NCBI GenBank assembly: GCA_951406725.2
Contig: OX597843.1
Coordinates: 1,426,001-1,490,000 of the forward strand
DNA: 64,000 nt
Reading direction: 5' to 3'
Source of the DNA: Octopus vulgaris
Taxonomy: Eukaryota
Every line of letters begins with the position of its first letter. Position 1 is the stretch's first letter. Below the pieces are notes generated by a model that had not been told where the DNA came from, ran no database searches, and saw only the letters and a program-made list of their open reading frames with translations. Shown here piece by piece: positions 1 through 12,366 of this stretch. A program made the translations under genes and the position numbers.

Positions 1-41
1 CAGCCCATGGACAATATGTCCAATTTTTCGGCATATTTGGC

Positions 42-77
<36 letters not shown>

Positions 78-258
78 CATCATCATCTTCATCATTTAAA
101 ATCCGTTGTCCATGCTGGCATGGGTTGGATGGTTTGACCAGGGCTGGGAAGTGGGAAGTCTGCACCAGACTCCAGTCTGATTTGGCATGGTTTCTATGGT
201 TGGATACCCTTCCTAACGCTAACTACTCCAAGAGTGTAACGGTTGCCTTTTATGAAGG

Positions 259-1042
259 AAGTGAGCTGGCAGAATCGTTAGCACGCCAGGCGAAATGCTT
301 AGTGGTATTTCGTCTGCCATTACGTTCTGGGTTCAAATTCCGCCAAGGTCGACTTTGCTTTTCATCCTTTCGGGGTCGATAAATTAAGTACCAGTTATGC
401 ACTGGGGTCGATGTAATCGACTTAATACCTATGTCTGTCCTTGTTTATCCTCTCTGTGTTTAGTCCCTTGTGGGTAGTATAGAAATTAGGTATTTTGTCT
501 GCCGTTACATTCTGGGTTCAAATTCCGCCAAGGTCGACTTTGCCTTTCATCCTTTCGGGCTCGATTAAATAAGTACCAGTTACGCACTGGGGTCGATATA
601 ATTGACTTAATCCGTTTGTCTGTCCTTGTTTATCCCCTCTGTGTTTAGCCCCTTGTGGGTAGTAAAAAAATAGGTATTTCGTCTGTCGTTACATTCTGAG
701 TTCAAATTCTACCGAAGTCGACTTTGCTTTTCATCCTTTCGGGGTCGATAAATTAAGTACCAGTTATGCACTGGGGTCGATGTAATCGACTTAATACCTA
801 TGTCTGTCCTTGTTTATCCTCTCTGTGTTTAGTCCCTTGTGGGTAGTATAGAAATTAGGTATTTTGTCTGCCGTTACATTCTGGGTTCAAATTCCGCCAA
901 GGTCGACTTTGCCTTTCATCCTTTCGGGCTCGATTAAATAAGTACCAGTTACGCACTGGGGTCGATATTATCGACTTAATCCGTTTCTCTGTCCTCGTCT
1001 ATCCTCTCTGTGTTTAGCCCCTTGTGGGTAGAAAAGAAATAG
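259..1042 (+). mobile_element. SINE family A (GAGCTGGCAGAATCGTTAGC head, Meta/MESC-like core), tandemly iterated
   Basis: The core GTCGACTTTGCCTTTCATCCTTTCGGGGTCGATAAATTAAGTACCAG repeats four times. Other copies at about 16502-16736, 20244-20475, 23147-23553, 24818-25210, 32884-33100, 36779-37315, 45709-46127, 56208-56442 and 62870-63280. Confidence 0.8.
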
Positions 1043-1199
1043 GTTGCCTTTTATGTGCCACTGGCACAAGTGTCATTGTCTTAATTTTCTAAAACAGCTG
1101 AATTATTTCTGATAATGTTGGAGTTACCTCTCTTATTTGGTGTTTTCTGACTGCAATAATCACGTAAGTGAGATTTTTTCCCCAAGCCATTGTATTGTA

Positions 1200-1613
1200 C
1201 TCTTTTACTCTTTTACTTGTTTCAGTCATTTGACTGCGGCCATGCTGGAGCACCGCCTTTAGTCGAGCAAATCGACCCCGTGACTTATTCTTTTGTAAGC
1301 CCAGTACTTTTTCTATCGGTCTCTTTTGCCGAACCGCAAATGACGGGGACGTAAACACACCAGCATCAGTTGTGAAGCAATGCTAGGGGGACAAACACAG
1401 ACACACAAACACATAAACACACATGCATATATATATATATACATATATACGACAGGCTTCTTTCAGTTTCCGTCTACCAAATCCACTCACAAGGCATTGG
1501 TCGGCCCGAGGCTATAGCAGAAGACACTTGCCCAAGATGCCACGCAGTGGGACTGAACCCGGAACCATGTGGTTGGTAGGGAAGCTACTGACCACACAGC
1601 CACTCCTGCGCCT
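1200..1613 (-). mobile_element. SINE family B (AGGCGCAGGAGTGGCTGTGTGG tRNA-like head, internal microsatellite, AAGAGTA tail)
   Basis: Pol III A/B-box-like TGGCTGTGTGG...GGTTCAGTCCC. Copies at about 8251-8659, 12166-12722, 21810-22229, 30549-30957, 35162-35699, 41478-41830, 41943-42345, 44178-44640, 48320-48701, 51352-51945 and 59112-59523. Confidence 0.85.
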
Positions 1614-2131
1614 GTACATCTGATATCCTATCAAACATATTCTTTTAAGTGACTCAGCGTTCAGATTAGTTGTTAAATTGATAACAGTACTTAATTTCTT
1701 TTAAAGGTAGTGCTTATTTTATCATTCTCTTCTTTTTATTTTTTTTGGTGTCAAAGCAACTGCTAAGATATGGCAACTTATAAGTTGCCATATCTTAGCC
1801 GTTCAACATCAGTTGGATTTTCTCCATGGGGCTTTTCAAATTTTTTTTTCTCACTGCAGTCTTGGAAATGATGGAAGACAACTTTGTATGAAAAAAATTT
1901 TTGAAAATTTCTTATTTATTTTTCACCTCCTTCCATCCCCACTTCTCCGGACCAGTTTTCACCAATTTTGGTCAACAATTTTTTTTTTTCACTACACACT
2001 TAAAAACAGCTCTCCAAGATGTTAGTCACAACCACATGACTCTACTTGAGAGTTGCTTCTGTCCGAACATTCGGTCATTGATCCGAGCAGGTTCCTCTCC
2101 CCTAGCTGGTGACTCCTTGAGAAGCCTTACC

Positions 2132-2791
2132 GGATCTTTTCAGCTTGAACGGCAGTTTTTTCTAGCGGTGTCATATGAAATTGTCACCCATAATTATGAC
2201 CCTAGTATCAATCTATTGCATTTCAATCTGTTTTAGGGTTAGGGGTGGGGGGAAGGGTATCTTTTTTTTTTCTTCACAAATGTAAATAAACCCAATCTGT
2301 TTCTTAAACGAGGGACATATTCATATGGCACAGAATGTTTTTTTTACCTCAATGGACACCATTGATTGGTTGAAATTGCAGAAATTGAAGAAAAAAAACA
2401 ACAAATATCTTACAATCTATAGAATTTTCTCAATAAAGCTAAGAGAAAAAGATGTTTTTATAAACAAATTCTACCAGTATACGATGTTTAAAAGTGTTTA
2501 GTTACATGGAAATTATTTTAAAAAACTGCTGTTCAAACCGAAAAGATCCAAACGAGGGACATATTCATACGGCACAGGAGTTTTTTTTTTACCTCAATGG
2601 ACGTCATTGATTGGTTGAAATTGCAGAAATTGAAGAAAAAAACAACAAATATCTTACAACCTATAGAATTTTTGCAATAAAGCCAAGAGAAAAAGATGTT
2701 TTATAAACACATTCTACCAGTATAAGAAGTTTAAAAGTGTTTAGTTACCTAGAAATTATGTTAAAAACTGCCGTTCAAACGGAAAAGATCC
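2132..2791 (+). mobile_element. MITE with GGATCTTTTCGGTTTGAACGGCAG terminal inverted repeats (full copy plus partial tandem duplicate)
   Basis: About 24-bp TIRs at both ends. Other copies at about 12123-13331, 20610-20805, 25492-25895, 47955-48751 and 50141-50557. Confidence 0.8.
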
Positions 2792-2996
2792 AAAATTTTC
2801 TGAACCTTCAGATTTTTCCAATATGCTAGGCCACTGGTTTAAATTGATATTAATTTAATTAACATCAATTTTTACCCTTACTATTTAAATTTAAATGTTT
2901 CTTTCTAAAGCTCAACACCACTGACATCATCATCATCATCATCACGAATGATAATTACGGAAAAACAGTAACAACAAGATGAACAACAAAACCTAC

Positions 2997-3135
2997 CAGC
3001 GATCAATGATGGCTTTCACACAGCTACGGTCCTTCAGTTTACCCAAAGACAACACGGCGCTCTCTCTTACTATTCGATCCTTGTCCTGGAGCATTGGAAG
3101 TATCTTCTCTGCAGTTTCTCTCTTTGATCCTTTAC
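2997..3135 (-). CDS. TIR-HEAT gene, coding exon 6 (HEAT-like repeat)
   Basis: Acceptor ggcag, donor GTAGGT, 139 nt, phase 1 to 2. ILPMLQDKDRIVRESAVLSLGKL fits the HEAT consensus. Confidence 0.88.
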
Positions 3136-5574
3136 CTGCCAACAATCAATGAGGGGTGGTCATGGCACAATAAGGAAAACAACAACAACAACAACAATAA
3201 TAATAATAATGATTTAAAATTTTGGTACAAGGTCAGCAATTCTGAGGGGGTAGTGAAATTGATTACGTTGACCCCAGTACTTTACTGGTACTTTATTTTA
3301 TTGACCCCGAAAGGATGAAAAGCAAAACTGACTTTGGTGGAATTTGAACTCAGAATATAAAGATGGAGGAAATGCTACTAGGCTCAGGTGTGGCAGTGTG
3401 GTAAGAAGTTTGCTTCCCAACCACATGGTTCCGGGTTCAGTCCCACTCGGTGACACCTTGGGTGAGTGTCTACTATAGCCTCAGACCGACCAAAGCTTTG
3501 TGAGTGGATTTGGTAGACAGAAACTGTTTATCTTTAGAATGACATTGTCGGGTAGGTGTGAGAGGCAGGATCTGGCCTTGTTTTGAATGAATCAGGCATT
3601 ATCTTATAGCTTTGAGGTTTCAATGATGTGACCGTTTATTTTTAGAATGACATTGTAGGGTAGGTGTGAGAGGCTGGATCTGGCCTTGTTTTGAATTAAT
3701 CATGCATTATCTCATAGCTTTGAAATTTCAATGATGTGATTGTTTATTTCTAGAATGACATTGTAGGGTAGGTGTGAGAGGCAGGATCTGGCCTTGTTTT
3801 GAATTAATCATGCATTATCTCATAGCTTTGAAATTTCAATGATGTGATTGTTTATTTCTAGAATGACATTATAGGGTAGGTGTGAGAGGCTGGATCTGGC
3901 CTTGTTTTGAATTAATCATGCATCATCTCATAGCTTTGAAATTTTAATGATGCGATTGTTTATTTCTAGAATGAGATTGTAGGGTAGGTGTGAGAGGCTG
4001 GATCTGGCCTTGTTTTGAATTAATCATGCATTATCTCATAGCTTTGAGATTTCAATGATGTGATTGTTTATTTCTAGAATGACATTGTAGGGTAGGTGTG
4101 AGAGGCAGGATCTGGCCTTGTTTTGAATTAATCATGCATTATCTCATAGCTTTGAGATTTCAATGATGTGATTGTTTATTTTTAGAATGACATTGTAGGG
4201 TAGGTGTGAGAGGCTGGATCTGGCCTTGTTTTCAATTAATCATGCATTATCTCATAGCTTTGAGATTTCAATGATGCGATTGTTTATTTCTAGAATGACA
4301 TTGTAGGGTAGGTGTGAGAGGCAGGATCTGGTCTTGTTTTGAATTAATCCTGCATTATCTCATAGCTTTGAAATTTCAATGATGCAATTATTTATTTTTA
4401 GAATGACATTGTAGGGTAGGTGTGAGAGGCTGGATCTGGCCTTGTTTTGAATTAATCATGCATTATCTCATAGCTTTGAGATTTCAATGATGCGATTGTT
4501 TATTTCTAGAATGACATTGTAGGGTAGGTGTGAGAGGCAGGATCTGGCCTTGTTTTGAATTAATCCTGCATTATCTCATAGCTTTGAGATTTCAATGATG
4601 CGATTGTTTATTTCTAGAATGACATTGTAGGGTAGGTGTGAGAGGCAGGATCTGGCCTTGTTTTGAATTAATCCTGCATTATCTCATAGCTTTGAGATTT
4701 CAATGATGCGATTGTTTATTTCTAGAATGACATTGTAGGGTAGGTGTGAGAGGCAGGATCTGGCCTTGTTTTGAATTAATCATGCATTATCTCATAGCTT
4801 TGAAATTTCAATGATGTGATTGTTTATTTTTAGAATGACATTGTAGGGTAGGTGTGAGAGGCTGGATCTGGCCTTGTTTTGAATTAATCATGCATTATCT
4901 CATAGCTTTGAGATTTCAATGATGTGATTGTTTATTTTTAGAATGACATTGTAGGGTAGGTGTGAGAGGCTGGATCTGGCCTTGTTTTGAATTAATCATG
5001 CATTATCTCATAGCTTTGAAATTTCAATGATGTGATTGTTTATTTTTAGAATGACATTGTAGGGTAGGTGTGAGAGGCTGGATCTGGCCTTGTTTTCAAT
5101 TAATCATGCATTATCTCATAGCTTTGAAATTTCAATGATGTGATTGTTTATTTTTAGAATGACATTGTAGGGTGAGGTTAGATCTAGTTGATTCGTGTAA
5201 AAAAACAGGGAGATTATTTTGACTGGATATGGCCAGTTTAAATGTTAAAGCATCATCCAGTGTACTCCTAGATACACTGTGACTAAATAAAAATTAGTTC
5301 ATATCTTACGTTCTACTGGGAGTTTGGTGTTATACAAAATGTGGCAAAAAATAGAATTTAAGAGTGAACTTACCTGCTTTGGCCAGGGCGATGGTAGCAA
5401 CAGCACGAATATTTGGGTCAGATTCATGTAACATATCTTCCAGAAAGTGTAAAACAGCAGGTGAGGAATAGGAACCTGAGAAGAAGAGGCAAATGTAATC
5501 TATTTATTTATTTATTTATTTATTGGCAGACAGACAGACAGATTGATAGATAAAGACAGAGATAGATACATAGG

Positions 5575-5639
<65 letters not shown>

Positions 5640-5695
5640 TAATAGATAGATAGATAGATACACAGATAGATAGATAGATAGATAGATAGATACAC

Positions 5696-5749
<54 letters not shown>

Positions 5750-5775
5750 ATACACAGATAGATAGATAGATACAC

Positions 5776-5826
<51 letters not shown>

Positions 5827-6444
5827 TAGATAGATAGATAGATAGATGATAGATAGATAGACACATAGATAGATAGATGATAGATAGATAGACACATAGA
5901 TAGATAGATGATAGATAGATAGACACATAGATAGATGGATAGATAAACAGACAGACAGACAGAGAAAGACAAACATAGAAGATAGACAGACAGATATAGA
6001 AAGATAGATAGATAGATAAACAGATAGATAGAAAGATAGATAGATAGACAGACAGGCAAGCAGGCAGACAGGCAGATAGAGAGAAAGATAGATGGATAGA
6101 TAGATAGATAGATGGATAGATAGATTAATAGATAGATAGATAGATAGATAGTTATGTTTCTTTATTAGCTACACAGGGCTGCCCAAAGACGGGACAAATT
6201 ACAAGGTAGAGCTTTTCTTTTGGGGATAAAAAAGGGGGTTTGGTTTTTGATCAAAAGGGATCGTTATCACAGAAATGTCAATGGATAGGTAGATAGATAG
6301 ATAGACATACAGACATACATATAGACAGGCAGGCAGACAGACAGAGAGAAAGATAGATGGATAGATAGATAGATAGATAGATAGATATATATATATAGAT
6401 AGATAGAGAGATGGATAGATAGATAGATAGTCAGACAGATATAT

Positions 6445-6479
<35 letters not shown>

Positions 6480-8950
6480 TAGATAGATAGAGAGATATAT
6501 AGGCAGATAGATAGACAGGCAGACAGACAGATAGCTAGATAGAAAACAAGGTTCAACCAAATTAATGTACCTCCCACCCCCCACCTCTAATTTCAATTTA
6601 ATTAGATAACTGAATCAAATGCTTAAACAACTAAGGAATGGCTGAAATATTTAATGAATTGAAAACGAAAACCCATGTTCACTCTATCAATCAGTAGTTT
6701 GTGAAACCACAACTGAAAGTATTCAGTTGCTTGTTCAGCTCAACACATATTGCTTTGGTGGAGGCACATGGCCTAGTGGTTAGAGCAGCGGACTCGCGGT
6801 CGAGGGATTGCGGGTTCGAATCTCAGACCGGGTGGTGTGTGTGTTTATGAGCAAAAACACCTAAGCTCCACGCGGCTCTGGCAGAAGGTAATGGCGAAAC
6901 TTCTGCTGACTCTTTCGCCACAACTTTCTCTCACTCTTTCGTCCTGCATCTTGCAGCTCACCTGTGATGGACCGGCGTCCCGTCCAGGTGAGGAACCTAT
7001 ACGCCAAGGAAACAGGCCCTTATGAGCCAGGCATGGCTTGAGAAGGAACAAACAAACAAATGTTTATTTGCGTGAGTGTTTCCTTGTGTGTGTTTGTCTA
7101 TGTGAATGTTTCTTTGTGGAGGCACATGGCCTAGTGGTTAGAGCAGCGAACTCACGGTCGAGGGATTGCGGGTTCGAATCTCAGACCGGGTGTGCGTGTG
7201 TGTGTGCATGTATATATATACATACACACACAGCAGTGTAAAAGTGTGAAATGGCAAACAACTGGTGTCAGTTTAGATTATGGAACATATACATTTAAAC
7301 ATAATTGCTGAGTTGTTACAATAGAGTACATCATAAGACACAGGGAAGTAAGAAGGTATGTAGATAGTCCCCTACAGCTGTTTCAAGAATAGATGCACAT
7401 GTAATTACAAAATTTGCCCACTCACCGAGATTTTCAATAGCGGTCAATCGATGTTGGCTGTCCATGTTGAATACTTGTTTCATGGCATGGTAGCCCACAG
7501 CATACTGTTGTAGTTTGTTATAGAATGATTCCGAATCTCCGTTCTCATTCTGACAGAACTGATTGAAAACCTCTCGGTCCAGTTTCTGCTCGCAGTGAAA
7601 TATATCCCGAAAAATCATATTGATGAAGAATGCGAGCTTGCTGTAAGAATACTTCGATGAAATCTGTTCTTCGTAGTCTACAAGGAAACACTGTTTGAAG
7701 ATGTCCCAACTGATGCTGGTCTCAGAGGGGAAGTGGCGGTCCCAGAAGTTAGAATCCACTTCTAGATCGCTGTGGCAATCCGAGTCATCCGAATCGGTAT
7801 CATCTTTGTAAGTCTTCATCACTGTACTCTCTTTAATCACAGAGTTCTGTCGAAAAAGTGTGGCAAACTTGCTAGAATTTGGTGAGTTTGATGAAGATTT
7901 TGTAAAGCAGCGCATTGGAGCGATCTTGTACATGTCAGCCTTGATGCTGCCAATAAGGATTTTGAACTTCTTGTCAAAGTTGTCGCTCTTACCAAAGAAG
8001 CACCAGTTCAACTTTGACAGCATCAGTTTCCTGTTCAAAGACAAAAATTGGGATCACCATCATTAATTATGAAAAAGACAGTGGGCTGTCAGTATTGTAA
8101 GGACAACAGACAAAGTGCTGATAAGCAGTTTGTCAGTCTGCACATTCTGAGTTCAAATTCCACCAGGGCTGACTTTGCCTTTCATCCTTTTGGGGTCAAT
8201 AAAATAAGTACCCATTGAACAAGGGCAGAGGAGACAATTAACTTAAACCTTTACTCTTTTACTCTTTTACTTGTTTCATTCATTTGACTGTGGCCATGCT
8301 GGAGCACCGCCTTTAATCGAGCAACTTGACCCCGGGACTTATTCTTTTGTAAGCCCAGTACTTATTCTATCGGTCTCTTTTGCCGAACCGCTAAGTTACA
8401 GGGACCTAAACACACCAGCATCGGTTATCAAGCAATGTTAGGGAGACAAACACAGACACACAAACATATACATATATATATATATATATATATACATATA
8501 CACGACAGGCTTCTTTCAGTTTCCGTCTACCAAATCCACTCACAAGGCTTTGGTCGGCCCGAGGCTATAGTAGAAGACACTTGCCCAAGGTGCCACCAGT
8601 GGGACTGAACCCGGAACCATGTGGTTGGTAGACAAGCTACTTACCACACAGCCACTCCTCTCAAAAACTGCTGGCTTAATGCTAAAATTTGAAACCATTA
8701 TTATTATTAATGATGATGATGATGATGATGATAACAATCCTTCTTATTACAGGCACAAGACCTGAGATTTGTGGGAAGGGGTTAAGTCGATCACATCGAC
8801 CCCAGTACTCAACTGGTACTTAATTTGTCGACTCTGAAAGGATGAAAGGCAACGTTGTCCTTGGCAGAATTTGAACTCAGAATGTAGTGATGGGTGAAAT
8901 ACCACTATGCATTTTGTCTGGTGTTCTAACAATTCTGCCAGCTCACCACC

Positions 8951-9001
<51 letters not shown>

Positions 9002-11077
9002 GTCCTTTCTACTAAAGGCACAAGGTATGAAATTTTGGCGAAGGAACCTGTTGAGTACATCAACTCCACTGTTTCACTGATACTTAATTTGTCAACCCCG
9101 AAAGGGTGTGAAAGGTTGAGTCAACCTCGGCGGAATTTGAACTCAGAATGTAGCAATAGGTGAAATACTGCTAAGTATTTTGTCCAACATGCTAACGATT
9201 CTGCCAGCTCACCCCCTCACCACTACCACTACCACCAACTGCCTCTCAAGCTTCTTTGATAACGTCCAGGTTTCTGAGCCATATAGTAGAACTGGTTCGA
9301 CTGTGGCTTTGAAGATTTTAAGTCTGAAATCTCTACTTAGATTTGATGACCAGATCTTATGCATGTCATAATGAACTGACGCAGGACCGTCGTGCATGGG
9401 CTGCCATGGTTCGAGATGCCTCGAGGGTGGTAGAAGAAGCCGACTCAACCCGCCCAGGGTGAATGTCGCCACAAGTACAAGTACGGTACTTAACTGGTAC
9501 TTAATTTTACCAAACCTATAAGGACGAAATCTAAGTTGATCTAGATTTGATTTATTAAATAAAAGTGTAGCTGTGTGATTGTTTTGCAACCACATGGTTC
9601 CAGGTTTAGTCCCACTGTGTGGCACCTTGGGTGTCTTTGACCAAAGCCTTGTGACTTGATTTGGTAGTGTGGTAAGAAGCTTGCTTCCCAACTACATGGT
9701 TCCTGGTTCAGTCCCACTGCGTGGCACCTTGGGTGACTTCTACTACAGTCTTGTGACTTGATTTGGTAGTGTGGTAAGAAGCTTGCTTCCCAACCACATG
9801 GTTCCTGGTTCAGTCCCACTGCGTGGCTCTTTGGGCAAGTGTCTTCTACTATAGCCTCGGGCCAACCAAAGCCTTGTGAGTGAATCTGGCAGATAGAATC
9901 TGAAAGAAGCACATTGTGTGTGTGTGTGTGTGTGTCTGTTTTTGTGTTGTGCCCAATCACTACGTGACAACCAGTGCTGGTTTGTTTACAACCCTATAAC
10001 TTAGCAGTTCAGCGAAAAGAGACTGACAGAATATGCACTGGAGTCAGTTTCTTGGACTAAACCCTTCGATGTGGTGCCACAGCATGGTTAGAAGTCCAAT
10101 GACTGAAACAGGTAAAGAGATAGAAAGAAAATAACATAAGTGAGTAGTATACTTACATTCCTGAGTTGAGGTGGTCACCAAGTTCTTTGAAATTGTCGAT
10201 ACGAGCCACAGGAATGATTATAGAATTGGTAACGTAGGCCAAGGCCAGTTCATTCTGGCAGGTTACGTTCTCAATGGAATCCAAAGACAGAACCATCAGA
10301 AAGATCTAGAATGAGAAAAAATAAAATCCACGGACAATTAATATAATAAAGGTGAAGGTAATTAAAAAATCAATTAATGGGAATGATTGATGGAAGACAG
10401 GAAATTATTCAAATATTTCTGTTGTTCTTGTTTACACTATTTGATATGTCCCTCCTACCTTGTTGCTGTTTAGCCCCAGGTCAGTCCTCATCCAGCAGAC
10501 CTATGATCAAAGATGTTCCAGATGTGACCATCCAGTGTTTTATTCTGACATAGTGTATCTAGGACTACATTATCTAATGTGTCCTTGTGTGGAGGCACGT
10601 GGCCTAGTGGTTAGAGCAGTGGACTTGCATGTTCGAATCTCAGACCAGTGGTTTTCAAACAGAGTTCTGCCAGTACAGTCCAGGTGTTCCGCAAGAAGTT
10701 ACAAAACTGCTAAAATCGGCAGTAATTTTTAATTCTCCTGTGCAGATATGTGTGCATAAAACTATTAAATTATTACACTGGGGTTCCTCGAGCCAGTGGA
10801 ATGTTTCCTTGGAGTTCCGCTCCAGCAAAAAGTTTGAAAAGCACTGTCTCAGACTGAGTGATTTGTGTGTTTATGAGCGAAAACACCTAAGCTCCACGCG
10901 GCTCCAGCAGAAGGTAATGGCGAACTTCTGCTGACTCTTTCGCCACAACTTTCTTTCGTTGTTTCCTCCTGCATCTTGCAGCTTACTTGCGACGGACCGG
11001 CGTCCCGTCCAGGTGGGGAACCTATACGTCAAGGAAACCGGGAAACCAGCCCTTATGAGCCAGGCATGGCTTCAGAA

Positions 11078-11140
<63 letters not shown>

Positions 11141-12335
11141 ACTTATAAGTAAGGGCTAAAGAAAATTATTTCAAAGCCAATATGCTGATAACAGACTATT
11201 AAATCATCAATTTCCACATATAATCTACTCGCTACAGCAAAAAAATCAAAGAACTGAAGTTGGGCAAGCTGGCCGTTAGAATTTTTAAAATTCGTTACTG
11301 GGGTACTTAAATGTACTCATGTTTTTTGCTTCGGCTTTTTCCATAGGCGCATGTAAGTATCTTATTTATATTCTCTCGTAAGCTCTACTGAAGAGGAATA
11401 AATCTTTTATGAGATTATTTCCGAAATTGATTCAATATAGAGATAACGAATTTTAAAAATTCTAATGGCCAGCTTGCCCGACTTCAGTTCTTTGATTTTT
11501 TTTGCTATAGCGAGTAGATTATATGTGGAAATTGACGATTCAATAGTTTGTTATCAGCATATTGGCTTTGAAATAATTTTCTTTAGCCCTTACTTATAAG
11601 TTGTTTATAATTTTAACCGTAAAGGTATTTTAATATGCTGCCACATTTCTTGATGGAATTTTTTTCTGTAAAGAAAAAAACTTCATCCTATATTAGTAGT
11701 ATATATATACATATAATATGTCCTTGGCTATAAATACTTAGGTACACACCCAGTAGTATATTGGATATTTAATATCCTTTAGATGGATTCTTGACCTCTA
11801 ACTCTTACAGAAATAAATAAACAAGTAAAAAAAACAAAGGAAAAAGAAAGAAGATATCTCACCTTTGATTTAACTACAGCCTGGCCACGTTGTGAAGTTG
11901 AATACTCAACAGTGGAGTAAATAGAGCTGGGAAGCTTGTCGTACCAAACTTTCCAGTCATATGGTTTCAATTCAGCTGCAAAAGAGATGGCAACAAGAAT
12001 TAGTCAGAGACAGTAAAAGCTGTTTGTTATTCTTTTCTACTCTAGACACAAGGCCTGAACTTTTGGGGGACGGTGCCAGTTGATTAGATCGACCCCAGTA
12101 CGCATCTGGCACTTAATTATCTGGATCTTTTCGGTTTGAACAGCAGCTTTTTTAAACTAATTTCCACGCAGGAGTGGCTGTGTGGTAAGTAGCTTGCTAA
12201 CCAACCACATGGTTCTGGGTTCAGTCCCACTGCGTGGCATCTTGGGCAAGTGTCTTCTGCTATAGCCCCGTGCCGACCAATGCCTTGTGAGTGGATTTGG
12301 TAGACGGAAACTGAAAGAAGCCTGTCGTATAGATG

Positions 12336-12366
<31 letters not shown>

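Noticed and set aside
1082-1160. Possible terminal exon of the TIR-HEAT gene (acceptor ttgcag at 1161)
   Set aside because: The resulting peptide does not continue the HEAT pattern and has no other support; the true next exon may lie outside the window.
3527-5172. Regular repeat array resembling a CRISPR
   Set aside because: Units are contiguous near-identical 108-mers with no unique spacers, there are no cas genes, and the context is eukaryotic.
5512-6596. YLSI-repeat ORFs, and the many YIYI/HTHT ORFs elsewhere
   Set aside because: Microsatellite translations.
6759-6830. tRNA-like sequence with A and B boxes
   Set aside because: It is the head of a multi-copy SINE; it continues into a conserved SINE body and lacks a proper acceptor stem.
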